From the human T2T-CHM13v2.0 reference genome, Homo sapiens, in assembly GCF_009914755.1 (NCBI RefSeq), contig NC_060925.1: a stretch of DNA of 64,000 nucleotides. The stretch is one strand, 5' to 3'. The position numbers and the translations under genes were made by a program. This document shows positions 40,921 to 54,702 of this stretch, piece by piece. The notes beneath the pieces are model-generated. The model was not told the DNA's origin. It did no database searches and saw only the letters and a program-made list of their open reading frames with translations. How positions within the stretch are numbered: the first letter of the stretch is position 1; every line of letters begins with the position of its first letter.

Positions 40921-41252
40921 TGGTCATGTGCTACATAATGTTTTGGTCAACAACAGACAACATATAGGATGGTGGTCCCATAAGATTACCATGCAGTGTT
41001 TTTACTATACCTTTTCTGTGTTTTGATCTGTTTAGATACACAAATACTTACCATTGAGTTATAGTTCCCTACACTATTCAATAGAGTAACATGCTGTGCA
41101 GGTTTGCAGCCCAGGAACAATAGGCTACACCATCTAGCCTAGGTGTGGAGTAGGCTATGTCATCTAGGTTTATGTAAGCACATTGCAAGGTGATGAAATC
41201 TCCTAATGACACATTTCTCAGAACATATCCATCCTTTAGCAATGCATGACTG
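40921..41252 (+). mobile_element. Tigger3a-like MITE
   Basis: GTCATGTGCTACATAA...GGTGGTCCCATAAGATTA...GCATGACTGTA termini. Confidence 0.85.
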
Positions 41253-41947
41253 TACCTAAAGCAATGAGACTTTGAAGGTTAAAACATAAATAATAAGTGT
41301 AAAAGTAATAAAAACTCAAAAAATTCAAACAAAAAAATCTCAGAGAAATTGACAAAACTGCATGCATAGTTAACATAGTTAACTCTTCCCTTAGTTTGTG
41401 ACAAATTTGATATATAAAAATAAATAACAATTGCTCAACAGTTTTCTGATTTTCTTCTCCCTATACATCACTACCATGTATGACATGCCTTTTGAGTAAC
41501 ATCCAGTACTGCCCTACATTGGTTTACAATCTGTGGGATCTCGCCTTCAAGAAGGTATCCTTCAGAATCTTGGGAGAGGCTGATTTAATTTGAAAAGCCT
41601 CCCTGCATCCAGTTTCTGATTTGTTCTTATCCTAACCTTAGAATTACTATTTTGAGGAATATGCATTATATGTTATCAATATGGTATATCTAACATAAAC
41701 AATAATCAACCCTAAATGGGGAATATATATTTTTAAAAAATCACACATAGAATATTGAACATTTTAAGGGTGTTATATTAACTACATAAAATATTTTTTA
41801 AATCTCTACACAAAAATGCAAATCAAAATTTTTTAAAAAATGACAAAACTGGGGGAGTTGCATTAGATGAGATAAACATGTATATTATTCTTCATATGCA
41901 GAGAAAAACTTTAATGAGAAAATGTGAATCATTCAATAGAAAAATTA

Positions 41948-42286
<339 letters not shown>

Positions 42287-42528
42287 CTAGGCACATCATA
42301 AAAGAAGTAGAAATGGTCAATAAATATTAAAAAACTAATCTCTCTAGTAATCACATAAATACAAACTAAAACAATATTCTGATATATTTTGCCTTTTAAA
42401 TTTGCAATTTTTTTCAAGTGTAAACCTTGGTGTTGGCTAGATAAAATGAAATGCACAATCTTGCATTCTGCTTGCTGGTGGAAGCATAATTTGTACAGCT
42501 TTTTGGGCAGTGTAAAAATTGCTATCCT

Positions 42529-42831
<303 letters not shown>

Positions 42832-43447
42832 AATTGCTATCCATTTCTTGAGAAATTACCAAGCATTAAGCATAATGTTACACACTTTACAGATATCCTG
42901 TAGGTAACTTTGATACAGTGCATGCCACATGTCAAGCACTGTGCTATGTGCTTTACATACATATGAATTCGTTTAATCCCCACAGCTGCCCTGGGAGGCA
43001 TGTAGTTGTATCTCATTCTTATTTACCTAGAAGGATTTTAAAGCAAACAGAGGTTTATTGATTTGTCCAAGCTACACAGCTAAAAAGGGTTAGAGCTAGA
43101 ATATCATATCACTTAATATTTTCAATATTCTTCTGAGGTAAATATCACTCTCCCATTTCATAGGTTAGGACTTTAGGATCCAGAAGGATGTGGAACTTAT
43201 CCACAGGGAAGGTATATAGCAGAGATTTATATCAATGTCTGACTTCAAAGTTCAAGACTATACAATGTCTTAAAAGCCTTCGATGCAGTTATTCCACTGC
43301 TAGGGATTTATTATATCATCATTGTCAGGAATTCTCCTAAGGATTTACATACAAATTTCTTTAAATTATATTAATTACAACGGTAATTGTTGGAAACCCT
43401 GGAAGTAGGGGGAGACCCAGACAAAGTGTGATTGTGAGAGAGGAAGT

Positions 43448-43774
43448 GCAGGAACATGGATGAAGCTAGAAGCCATCATTCTCAGCAAACTAACACAGGA
43501 ACAGAAAACCAAACACTGCGAGTTCTCACTCATAAGTGGGAATTGAACAATGAGAACACATGGACATAGGGAGGGGAACATCACATATCGGGGCCTGTCG
43601 AGCGGTGGAGGGTGTGTGTAGGGGAGAGATAGCATTAGGAGAAATACCTAATGTAGATGCCGGGTTGATGGGGGCAGCAAGCCACCCTGGCACATGTATA
43701 CCTATGTAACAAGCCTGCACATTCTGCACATGTATCCCAGAACTTAAAGTATAATTAAAAAAAAAAGAAAGAAA
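43448..43774 (+). mobile_element. L1PA 3' end with polyA
   Basis: GGATGAAGCTAGAAGCCATCATTCTCAGCAAAC...TATCCCAGAACTTAAAGTATAATTAAAAAA. Confidence 0.92.
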
Positions 43775-43779
43775 GTTTT

Positions 43780-45050
43780 TGAGGAGAGGGACATGATGTT
43801 GGATGCTCTGTAGAATACACTCACGGCCAGGGAGAGAAAAAAAAAAAAAAGGCTATGAAAAAGATGAAGGTAAGTATTGCAGTTGTCCAGGAAAAAGATG
43901 GTAGTAGTTTGGGCTGGCCAGTAGATTAGAGGAGAAATGGATGACCTTAACACATATTTTGAAAAATAGAATGACAACTGTGGATATGAGGTGTGAAGGA
44001 GGTGAAAAGTCCAGAGTAACTCTCAAATTGTATTGACTGGGTGGCTGGAGGTATCTATGAGAATGCAGGAGAAGCAAGAGTTGAGGTTTGGTATGGGTAG
44101 AAGGTGAGAGACATCCAGTTGGAAATGTCATTGTGTCCAAACGCCTATTGGATGCAGGCATTTGGATGTCTAGGTGGGATGTACAATTAGGAGTCAATAG
44201 CAGCATCTATCTGGTATTTGATGTTATGAGAGTCAATAAGGCTTCTGGAGCAAGCCAGAAAAAAATGAAAGAGAAAGAGAAGACGGCCCAGTTCTAAATC
44301 CTGAGACTCTTCAATATTTTGTCACACTTTAGAAGAAGTGAGCAAAGGACACTGAGAACAGGGCCCCTGGAGAACCAGGAGGTAAGCAGAAAAGTCACAG
44401 AAGTGAAGAAATATTTCTAGAAATGATGAAAGAGTTACTGTGGAGAATGCTGAAGAGTGGTGAAGACATAGAGTGTCAAGTGTTTTTTGCCTATGTAAAC
44501 ATGGCAGTTTTTGGTGCTCGTCACGAAAGTAATGAGCAGAAGCCAGTTAAGTGAGGACAAAATGAGCTTAGATACTTCATGCTAGACGAAGGCCGAGAGG
44601 AGGAGAGAGGGAGCAATAGCTGGGAGTTTGGACAGAATTAAGATTTTTGTGATTGGTTTGGGTTAGTGTGTTGGTTTTTAACAATGGGAGATAAAAGAGT
44701 TTGAATGACCCTGGGAAGAATCCACCCAGTCAGTGGTTCTCAAATGCTGGCATACATCAGATGTATCTGGGGGCTTGTTAAAACAAGGACTGCTGAGCCA
44801 CACTGCAGAGTGTCTGATTTGGCGGGTGTGGGGTGGGCAGGGCAGGAGAATGTGCATTAGTAATAAGTTCCCAAGTGAAGCTAGTAATGCTGGTCCTTGG
44901 GCCATACTCTACTGCAGCAGACAGAGGCGTTAAAAATATAAGTGAGAGGACGATAAGCTATCAGTAATATCTCTGAAGAAACAGAAAGAGTCAGGGTCCA
45001 GAGGACTTGTGAAGATTTCTATTTTTGATAGGATAAGAGAAGCTTTGTAA
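43780..45050 (-). mobile_element. L2 fragments interrupted by MER5A (about 44731-44915)
   Basis: Purine-rich L2 antisense signature (GAGACATCCAGTTGGAAATGTC); CAGTGGTTCTCAAA terminus of MER5A. Confidence 0.65.
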
Positions 45051-46440
45051 AACAGAAAGGAAAAAAAGCGTGAAAATTAAAAATAATAATGAAAATAAAA
45101 TTATAGCATAGCACACACCTCCTGTATATCAAAATGGTTTTATGTGTTTTAGCATGCATTCATTCATCCAACCCCTAATAACAACTCCATCAGGCAGAAA
45201 AATGCAATTAATATGTACATTTGGTAGTAAGAAAGTAATAGAAATCCTATAAAATAAATTGTTTTTTCTATGGTGTCTAATATAATCTAAAATAGAACGC
45301 TGTCAGCTGAGTGGGATGAGAAAGGGAGGTAACGTGTATAGTTTGGAAAAATATAAAATATTTAATGAGGAGAATGGGGGAAGGAGCTATTCTGGAAATA
45401 CAGTAGGGTTGGTGTCATTACTGAGTGCTCATCTGAAAGTGGGGTTGAGCATTTTTAGCAATAAACTACTTGGTATTTTCCAGCCCATGTAGCTGCCATA
45501 TGCAACCTGTGAAAAGGCAAGCTGTGGGCTTACTCAGGCTGGGCTTTGATAAGGAGGGTAAAATAGGAAAGAAGTGAAGGGTGTGAATTTGTTTTTCTTT
45601 TGCTAAAAGTTGGTAGTATATTTGGGCTGTGCATTCCAAAGTGTCTAAAGAAGGAAGTAAAGTCTTGAGGGAATTGACCAACAGGTTTGTTGGGAAAATA
45701 TTTAAGGCTTTTCTAACGTCCATTCTGATGGTTCACGTTATAGGATTTTTTGATAGAGGAAAATGTTTTTTTTCTGTCAAATTTGACACATTTACTTCCC
45801 TTTTATCAAAGGCTTAAATTAAACTCTCCCTTTAAATGTGCTTTAATATTTCATGAAGCTGAAAAATGCTCTTAATACACACGCATGAATTTGAGTGTGA
45901 GATGTGTTAGTGGTGTGTATGAGTATATTTCATTATAATCATTCTTCATGGCACACCACACTGTGAGAAATCGATTCACTGATTTGCCAGTCCAACTAAC
46001 TGGGGCTCTAAGACTCCTCCACCTTGAGATAATTAGGTTTAATCAGCAATTTTACAATAAATAATAGTGGTATGAACTGGGGCTAGTCCCAAAGAGTAAA
46101 TTTTTGCTTTGTGAAATAAGTATTTATACATAGGATTTCCAAAAGATGTCTATAAGGTGTTAAAGGGCTATAGCCACCTATGATGTAATCTTTGGGGGAT
46201 GGAGAGAATATCTACCTTAGAATAAAATTATCCATGAGAGCCCATGCGCATTGTAGAATTATCCTTTTTATCCTAGGTAGATGCAGGCTTCCACTACTTT
46301 AGATGGGTGTTGTTTTTAATCAGGTAAAATACATGTATATTTAATACATTTTTCTAAAAAACATTTGCAGAAGATTTTTATTTAAAATGCAAACAAAAAG
46401 GAAGTTAATAGGGTCTACTCTGTTAAAGGATTGCATTTAC

Positions 46441-46632
46441 CTGTGAGGTTGCTTGTATTGACAAATTCAGCACTGGCAGAGGGCATGCGGGGTGGACGGG
46501 TGCTGTCCTCACTATAGGCTTTCAGAATGTACTTCTCAATTACACCTCTGACAACAGGTTCATCCCAGGTCACCTCAATGCTGTATCCATTTAAGCTGCG
46601 GACTCTTGAGGGAGTTGGCACACTTTGTGGAG
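46441..46632 (-). CDS. USH2A: USH2A exon 30 (192 nt, phase 1-1), FN3 first half: APQSVPTPSRVRSLNGYSIEVTWDEP...NTSNLT
   Basis: Acceptor TTCCTTCACAG|CTCC and donor ACAG|GTAAAT; FN3 tryptophan motif; overlaps ORF 46415..46621. Confidence 0.97.
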
Positions 46633-49228
46633 CTGTGAAGGAATAAAAGAGAAAATAGGGAAAATGGCAGTTCTGAGAAGACTATTGCTCCTATTCTTCA
46701 CTTTTAATGGCCGCAGTAAATCAGACTCAACCATTAGCATAAATACAATTTATTAGAGTTGTAACTTTTCAGCATTGATTTAATATGACTGCACATCTTG
46801 AGCCATTCAGTTTAAGCGATATTTCAAAACCATCAAAACTCCATCGACATAACATTCTTTCAAGTCTAGTCCAGGTTTTCCAAAAACATTTAATGTATCA
46901 GACATGTTTAAACATCACTCATAAAGAAGGAGGTGGATGGTAGGCAGATAACAAGTTCAAGCAATATAATGATGTACCCCCTTTGAAGCAAGATAATTAG
47001 ACTGTTATTATACATAGTAGTTTGACACTTTTATATCTTCGATGTATTAGCCAAAAAAAAAATCACAAATGTGATTGTGTTGTACTTGAATGCCTAGACC
47101 CATTTTCCAAATGCAATTGTTTTTCTAATTAATTTTTAAAAAGCAAAGTTCTACCAGATATGATATATGGAATATATTCTTAGTTGCAGTTTTTGGGGGT
47201 GGGGGTGGGGTAAAGGAGCTGGTGCCTTTGAGATTCTACAAAGTCATTTTCAAAGTCTTGTTCTGCAGAATATTTCAAAATAATATCACAAAATGAGGAA
47301 GTTTAAAAGAACTGCAAAACCTTACTTACAAGCTGAGCCCCCTAATTTAAAAAATCTATTACCTTTAACTATTTATTAGACATTTCTACAGTTCTGATCA
47401 GTAAAAACTTCATCACAGCTGAGTGCACTGGGGACACAAAGAAAGAGCCCAAGGAACTCCGTGGCAGGATGATGGATGAGAGACCTGCTCTAGCTGCTCA
47501 TGGACTCCTGAGCCCTGTCGATGGAGGATCACTCTGGTTTTTCCACATCAAATCTCCTCCTCTCCGACTTTACTGTCCAGACCAATAAAGTAGGACAGCT
47601 TTAAGGGAAACAAAGTGAACATAAAAGATAAGAGGAAACACCAAAGGGGAGAACCACTCTCTGAGCAGTTAAAACACTACAGACACCTATAGAAAACACA
47701 CAGGCCACAAGATCGAGTTGCAAGGAAAGGGACAATGGGAGTGACGCTGATTTTATTAGTTCGGAAATGTGGTACAGGGCAAAGTACAGTACAGTCTAAC
47801 AGATGGTCTTCTCATAAGGGACAGAGCAAAACTGACTCAAAAATAATTAAATAGTGCAATTATTCTCCAACCCTTGGGAGCATGTAGCTGCTCAGTGTTG
47901 TGGTCAGATTGTAAATATGAATTTATGGCATAGGGCTGTGGTCAGATCATTGCTATAAATTCAGAGCTCTATTTGTGTACTTTCTCAGTAGTACTCAAAA
48001 TGGGGACTATTAAGCTAAGTAAGCAATGTGCTTTCCAGACGCCTATTAATGTTGCTGAATTATACTCAAAGCGGGCTTTATATTTGTTAATAAAGTAGAA
48101 GAGTGTGAAATAGGAGCAGAGAACATGTCAGTAACAAGTGAGTATTTTATATTGGAGCTTTCTCTTAGCTCTGAAGTTGAAAAGAATTTTAAGAGATCGT
48201 TCAGCTCATTGTCTTGCCTATAAATAGGTGATAATTTAAATCATCCTGGAAAAGTGTCAAGTTGTCCTCTTCTGGAAAATATGTAGGTAGAGAGTCTTGA
48301 AAATTATTCTTAGTTGCTCATCTCAGTATTTAATTATATTTTAGATTAAGAAGATTCCTCAAAGGATGCCTGGGATAGTAACCTACTGTTGATTAAGTAT
48401 AAGAGAATACCTTGATGGAAACACGTCTTTAGACAAATTGATACTCGCTGAATAAACTTCCTTGCTGAGACATAAGTGGCAATCATCTGGAGATGTGTTC
48501 AGTTTCCTGACAAATATTTGACCCAAAATAGTAGAATGTCACTGATTCACAAAACTCTTTGTGCTGAATGCCTTCCTGTGGTGGTATTTTGGGAAAAGAT
48601 TTTGTGGCCAGTCAGAAGTACAAAACAAGTCAGTTGTCTGAGATTAGGTCTAATGTATACTGTCTCCTAGTTGGTTCTTTTCCAATTCAAAATATATTAA
48701 ACCAATCAGCAATTTCTCTCTTGGGAGAGTCATTCTAAGATTCTAATAGTCAACAACGGGGCAAACATCTGCAATGATGTCATAGACACCCCTGATTCCA
48801 ACCAGTTGCAGGTTTCAAATGTGCTTTCTGTGAGAAAGTCAAGAAGGTGCCACTCCCAGCCAAGGATAATCCTAATCCCTGACTTCAGCTTCTTGCTATC
48901 TACACCATCTGTAAAGGTTACCTATCCTTAGACATGTTAGGTAGGTGGGACTATTACATCCTTAAGACAACCTGAACTTTCCTTACTTCTGCATCCTAAG
49001 AGGAAAGGATCAAGTCTGAGCAAGTATTTAGTGAATTCTTGGTAAATGAAAAGCACTGATCTACTAAGCATTTTAGCCATTGACAGATGTATTTTCAAAC
49101 CAAGGCATGCTCTGTCAGAAGACTACAAAAATATTACTGCTTCAGGGTAATAGTCCTTCCTTTTATATAAATGCACAAATACATGCATGTGTGTGTGTGC
49201 ACATATGCATTTGAAGATAAGTATTTAC

Positions 49229-49309
49229 CTGCTCCTGTTGTACGTCCTCGACTCCAATCACTATATACTGAACCTCCTTCATGCGAGGCTATCACTCGAT
49301 ACAGGTATT
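49229..49309 (-). CDS. USH2A: USH2A exon 29 (81 nt, phase 1-1): EYLYRVIASHEGGSVYSDWSRGRTTGA
   Basis: Acceptor TTTAAG|AATAC and donor GCAG|GTAAAT; FN3 F/G strands; only a 127-nt intron separates it from exon 28. Confidence 0.95.
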
Positions 49310-49436
49310 CTTAAATGGAAATAAGATGCAGCAAGATTAAAATAATACTCATATAGATTAATGAGGGGCTGGCAGGGAGGGAAAGGGGGATGAATAAGAG
49401 ACATGTAACATTTAATTTAGAGGACCTCCACATTAC

Positions 49437-49640
49437 CTGTAAAAGGCTGGAGACCACCCTCGTAAACACTCTGCTCTTTTCCCTGGTAAACCAGGATGGA
49501 GTCATTTCCCCTGCAGTTAACAGCACTGTCAGTTGATAGGCATCCATCCAGATTGACTCTGACAGCACCGCTGGACACAGATGCCAAGTTAACGACAGCA
49601 CCCCGTGTAAATTTAACATCCTTCATGCAACCACCGAAAC
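49437..49640 (-). CDS. USH2A: USH2A exon 28 (204 nt, phase 1-1): GFGGCMKDVKF...YEGGLQPFT
   Basis: Acceptor TTTGCTAG|GTTT and donor ACAG|GTAATG; lies within ORF 49417..49695. Confidence 0.97.
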
Positions 49641-51214
49641 CTAGCAAATAGTAAGGGATTAGTATCGCATAAAGGCTTGAGTCATTAATTACCAATCATT
49701 TTTGTCCTCTGCAGCACTACATTTTGAGGAAGGGGGGTGGTTAGATACAATTGCTAGACTTTCGAGTCTTCCTTGGAAAACCTTTTATGCCTCCTACTTT
49801 TTAACAAGCTAATTTGTTGCAAAGAAATATAGTTCTGTTATTTGGAAAACACATTAATGGATAATTCTAATTTAACTTTTGGTACTGAAAAAGCATTTAT
49901 TTTACCTCCTTAGGCCCACATTTTCTAAATTCCGCTTCTTCCCATAAAATAAAATTTAGGCAACTTCATATTATGGTAGGGGGATAGCCCCATGTCTCTT
50001 AATTCTGAAAGATTAAGTTACTATATAAGTCAGTTTTAAGTGCCAAAAAATAATATTTGAATTAGCATGATTATTCAGTAAGCTCATTGGGGAAAAATAC
50101 ACTCTGAGCATTTTATGTAGAATACCAGGAGAGAGAACATAATTTCAAAATATATTAGTCCTGAAATATTGCCATGAATGGCATAATGATCACTTCAGAG
50201 GTATAGAATTTAGCCCGAGTTACATCAGCCTACAGAAGAGCTGTCACTATGCTCTATCATTTTTCACAGAGTTCCATAATCTTGAACATACAAAATGGTC
50301 ACCAGTTTTACATCCCCATTAGCATGACAGGGGCCAGCCTTCACTGTTGGCAATAGCAACACCATGAGATTTCATGGAATGTGCATTCTGCACAGGTGAC
50401 CTTAGAACACCCACTGCGCAGTACCATTCTGTGAAGTTTAACAGAGAATGCGGATGAAATGAATTTAGAGTATTCACCACTTTTTTGTTAGACAGCAAAC
50501 AAAAAAGGCATCCAGTTAGCCAGGGAATAGCAGTGGCTTTGAATTACATGCTATTTTGTGAAAACAGAGATCAGCTCAGTGAAGTCTGGCAGTACTCTGC
50601 GCAGAAAACTGCACGAAATTGGGACAAACAGGACCGAGTTTGAGATTGCTGTAGCGTGCATGTTCTCTCTCTCTCTCTCTCTCTCTCTCTCCGAACAAAA
50701 CACTGTAAAGTTTGAAAGGCCTCAAACACATGATCAGCTCTTTTCAAGATTAAAGCACAGCAGCAGGAAATGGAAATAAAATATAATGAAATGCATAACA
50801 GTAAAATAAGTTAATAGTAACAATGACCATATTGTTCTCCTCAGCATTCATATGATGTCTTATTATGCCTTCTAACACATTAAGTTGCAGCCTATTTCCT
50901 TTTAAATGTCTTTTACTATTATCCACATTTTTTTAGTCCTGACTGATCAATACTGCTAGTCTATCTTAAACACACAGTAGACACTCAATAAGTTGGGTGA
51001 ATTGAATTGAAAGCAATGAAGCTCAATATGAAATCATTGGCTGGAAAATTCAGAAGCTAAGAATTTTAATGTATTTATCAGTAGTAATTTTCTGATGGCA
51101 CATAACTGTATTATCAAAATTCTCTGTACCCTAACTTCCCTACCAACAAAATCAGAACAGTGAAAGGGCAGCTTGGCAAACAAGTGCTGTTATAAGAAAT
51201 GCTACATTATTTTT

Positions 51215-51390
51215 TGAGGGGTACATAGTTTTAGCTTTGCAGGATGAAAAGAGTTCTTCAGAGGGATGGTGGTGATATCTGCAAAACAATGTGAATGTAC
51301 CTAATGCCACTAAACTGTACATTTAAAAATGGTTACAATGGTAAATTTCATGTTACATATATTTTACCATAATGTTTAAAAAATTAAAAA
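51215..51390 (+). mobile_element. L1MB-type 3' UTR end
   Basis: GATGAAAAGAGTTCT...AATGTGAATGTACCTAATGCCACT...AAAAATGGTTA. Confidence 0.8.
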
Positions 51391-53339
51391 TTTAGCAAAA
51401 AACATCATAAAAATTAATTCACAAGATGAAATTTTCAATTTGGGAAAGCCCAGGGAGATACATCTTTCTTCATTTTGGAGATGAAGAAAAAGGCCTAGAG
51501 AGTTAGTTATAAAATGAAGTTTGTAAGCACTAATCCTCCTAAGGAAATGGTCCTCTGGCCTCTGGCCTTGGAGACTGCTGAGCTCTTGAAGCTGCTGAGC
51601 TCTAGTGCAGGGTCCTTCCAGTGGCAACCAAAGAGTTCAGTTAAGGTTGTCCCGTGCTTTCAACTCTGTACCACCAGAAATGCTCCCCAGACCTAAAACA
51701 TTTGAATGAGATGCGAGGACAACAAAAGGAGAAAGGGGATGTTTGCGAGAGGAGTGGAAATGCTTTCTTTTCTTACTCCACTACCCTTGTGAGAATCCAA
51801 AAAAATCCCCATCCACACCACCACCCCTGGGCCTCTAAATGCCTAAAAGGCGGCCCAGAGCTCTAAGATGACTAATCAGAAAAACATTAGCCCTTCCTCT
51901 AGGGAAGGCAGTACTGCTGCAGAGTGCTTGGCTTGGCAGGCCTGCTAAATTTGAGCCCCCACTCTCTCCCTCTCCATGGAGGGGTTTGGGCAGAGCATTG
52001 CCTGTGAGACCACATGCCAGACCCAGTCATGCCCAACCTAGATGTAAGTGATTATCCTCATTGATCATTCTAAGAAGATAAACTCTCATCATCTGAGCTG
52101 GCACATCTTCAGCAAATTATGTTGCCCAGCATTTTCAAAACAAGAAAGAAAATTAGTCTTGTATCTGGTTCGGAGGAAGATTGCAACGTTAGTAGATTAA
52201 AAAAAAATAGCACTAATATGACCACAAAATAGAGCTTCTGATGAAAAAAAAAAGGTGCTAATTAAGAAGCAGAGAAAAGGAAAAACGTTTTTAAGACAAT
52301 TGATAGTGGGTTGAAAGAAATACATTAAATGAACATGATTTGTTTTAATTGCAATTGACTACATACATGCTGCACCTCTGTATTGTGACTAGTCTCCCTG
52401 ATCACCGTATAAAACATGCAGCTATTTATATAGATCAGTGTCTCTCAAGGCATCTGAGTCAGAATCTTAGGGGACAGGGGTCCCTAACATCTGTATTTTT
52501 AATAACCATTCCAGGTGATGTCAATGTATCTTGAATAGTAAAAATAATGGCTAATTTTGACTTCTACATTCCAGCTACCATACGTCAATATTTTTTCAGT
52601 GTTTTGAGACCACTGATATGGATGATACTACAGTAATAAAAATTTAATATTACTCACTAATAAAATATCTTCCAGTATCACAGACTTAGTCATAGTGTGT
52701 AGGTAAAATTATTCCCTTTGGGTCTATGGTGATGTTTTAAACTTCTGTTATTATCTTACAATTTTGGTTTTAGCCACGTCTTTAGGACCATCAATAGTAA
52801 TGGGTTTAGGGGTAATTCAAAGAACAAGGCTGTACATGCAGGGTTTTTGTTTCTTGTTTTTATTTTTTTTTTCCCAGAAGCAAACAGGATTAAGTAATCT
52901 CACTCATACGAAGGGTTTTCAAGTTCTTTCTAACCTCAGAAACCTGAAAACCTGGAGAAGCTCTTATATGAATGTAATATTTTTAGCTGCTGTTACATCT
53001 TAAGTGCCTTGAAAATGTCATTACTGTCTTACACCCCAGTTATTCATTAACTCCTTACTACTACCCTTCTAAAAGTCTCCTAAGAGCTTGCCATATATTT
53101 TCTATTCAAAGGCATTTAAATCTTTATGTACTTACCAAATAGGCAAAGATTGCCTCATGAAAATTTTAACCATTCAGGGTATGTAGATTTTGAAATACGT
53201 AAAGGACCTTTTTCACACGTGGGAGGGTGCTTGGTCCTATGCTGGAAGTTACTATGCTTTCCCCACTTTACAAAGGAGCATTGACCAATGCCCATAAAAG
53301 AGAGCATTGACTGTAAAAAGGAGAGTTGACTTTATAACA

Positions 53340-53530
53340 GGCTGCCTGAGAGACTTAGTGTCTTGCTATCTGCTTACTAGCCATGTGACCTTGGGAAAGT
53401 TACCTTCCTCTCTGCTCTTCAGTTTCCTCATCTGTAATGAGGATATAAATAATAATGCCTAACACACTTGTTATGAATAATTGACTCACCTATTCTCATG
53501 TAAGCTCTCAGAACCATGACTGCCACAAGA
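53340..53530 (+). mobile_element. MIR
   Basis: CTTACTAGCCATGTGACCTTGGGAAAGTTAC...CAGTTTCCTCATCTGTAA. Confidence 0.8.
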
Positions 53531-54428
53531 AATGATACACAGATATTGTTAGCCTTTTCAAATTAATTATTTCTCTGATTACATTCAAACGTCTATGAGT
53601 TAACTTCTCACCTAAATTGTAAATAATGCACTTTTCCTTTCTCTTATAGTTATTAATAATCTACAATATATAGATTTTCACAAGTATGTTTGGAAGTCAA
53701 CCACATACACCCCACATTTTTTTTCCACATGAAAGCTCTACTGAAAAACTATGGAGACAATTAGCATTTATGTCAAAGAAAGAAAAGGCAATGAATTGCA
53801 TTGATATTTTTTACTAGTTATGCATACCAACTTAATTTATTTTTTCATCTGTAAATACAGATAATGATCATTATCCAACATATGAGGAAATACATTTATA
53901 TGCATTATATATATAATTATATATATAATTATGTATGTACACACATATATTTCTTATATAATTATGTATCTCACATATAATTGCATTACATATTTAAATA
54001 AATATATAAATTACTAATTTTTCCATATAAATATCATCTTTGGGAAGCACCTCAGTTACCTTATTTATAATCAACATATTTATTTTGATATTTATTCAGT
54101 AAATAGTAATTTATATATATAATTATGTACCACATATATAATTATATGTCACATTAATAATAATATGTATATTAATTACTATTTACTGAGGACATATTGA
54201 AATAAATATGCTGATTATAAATGATGGCACATTGTTAAGGGTAACACACAAAACTCTTTGAAAAAGTGTTTTCATTAGTTTTTAAGGTTTAAATTTCTCC
54301 AGAAAAAGAGATGCTGTTGGGTGCTGCTTTTAGCCTGAGTCTATTGCTATCTCTTGAAACACAGAACCACCAAAAACTGTTAGCACCAGGGCTGTATGGA
54401 TTTGTGAATTCCTCCAGATGGAACTTAC

Positions 54429-54702
54429 CTTGTTCCAAACACAAATGTTGATAAGAGTTCAGCAGTTCCTGTGGGATTCCTCCCACATAAACTGGTGAAT
54501 TCACCACCAGTGGCTGGTCTCCGGACTCCGATGCATGCTTCATCAGTCCATTCACACTTGCTGATATGAAAGAGCCTTCCTTTTTAATAATGACTTTATT
54601 CCACTTTCCATTACAATAGGATAGCCCCAGCAATAGATCCACTTGTGTAAAGGCAAGACTGGTATTTAACCGGAAGGTCAATATTCCACTTTTCAGCTCC
54701 AT
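54429..54702 (-). CDS. USH2A: USH2A exon 27 (274 nt, phase 0-1), LamG2 core: MELKSGILTF...VYVGGIPQELLNSYQHLCLEQ
   Basis: Acceptor ATACAG|ATG and donor CAAG|GTAAGT; ORF 54289..54702 reads on into the intron past the donor. Confidence 0.97.

Noticed and set aside
54289-54428. ORF read-through past the exon 27 donor as an alternative C-terminus
   Set aside because: A strong GTAAGT donor is present and the extension has no domain similarity; likely a chance open frame.
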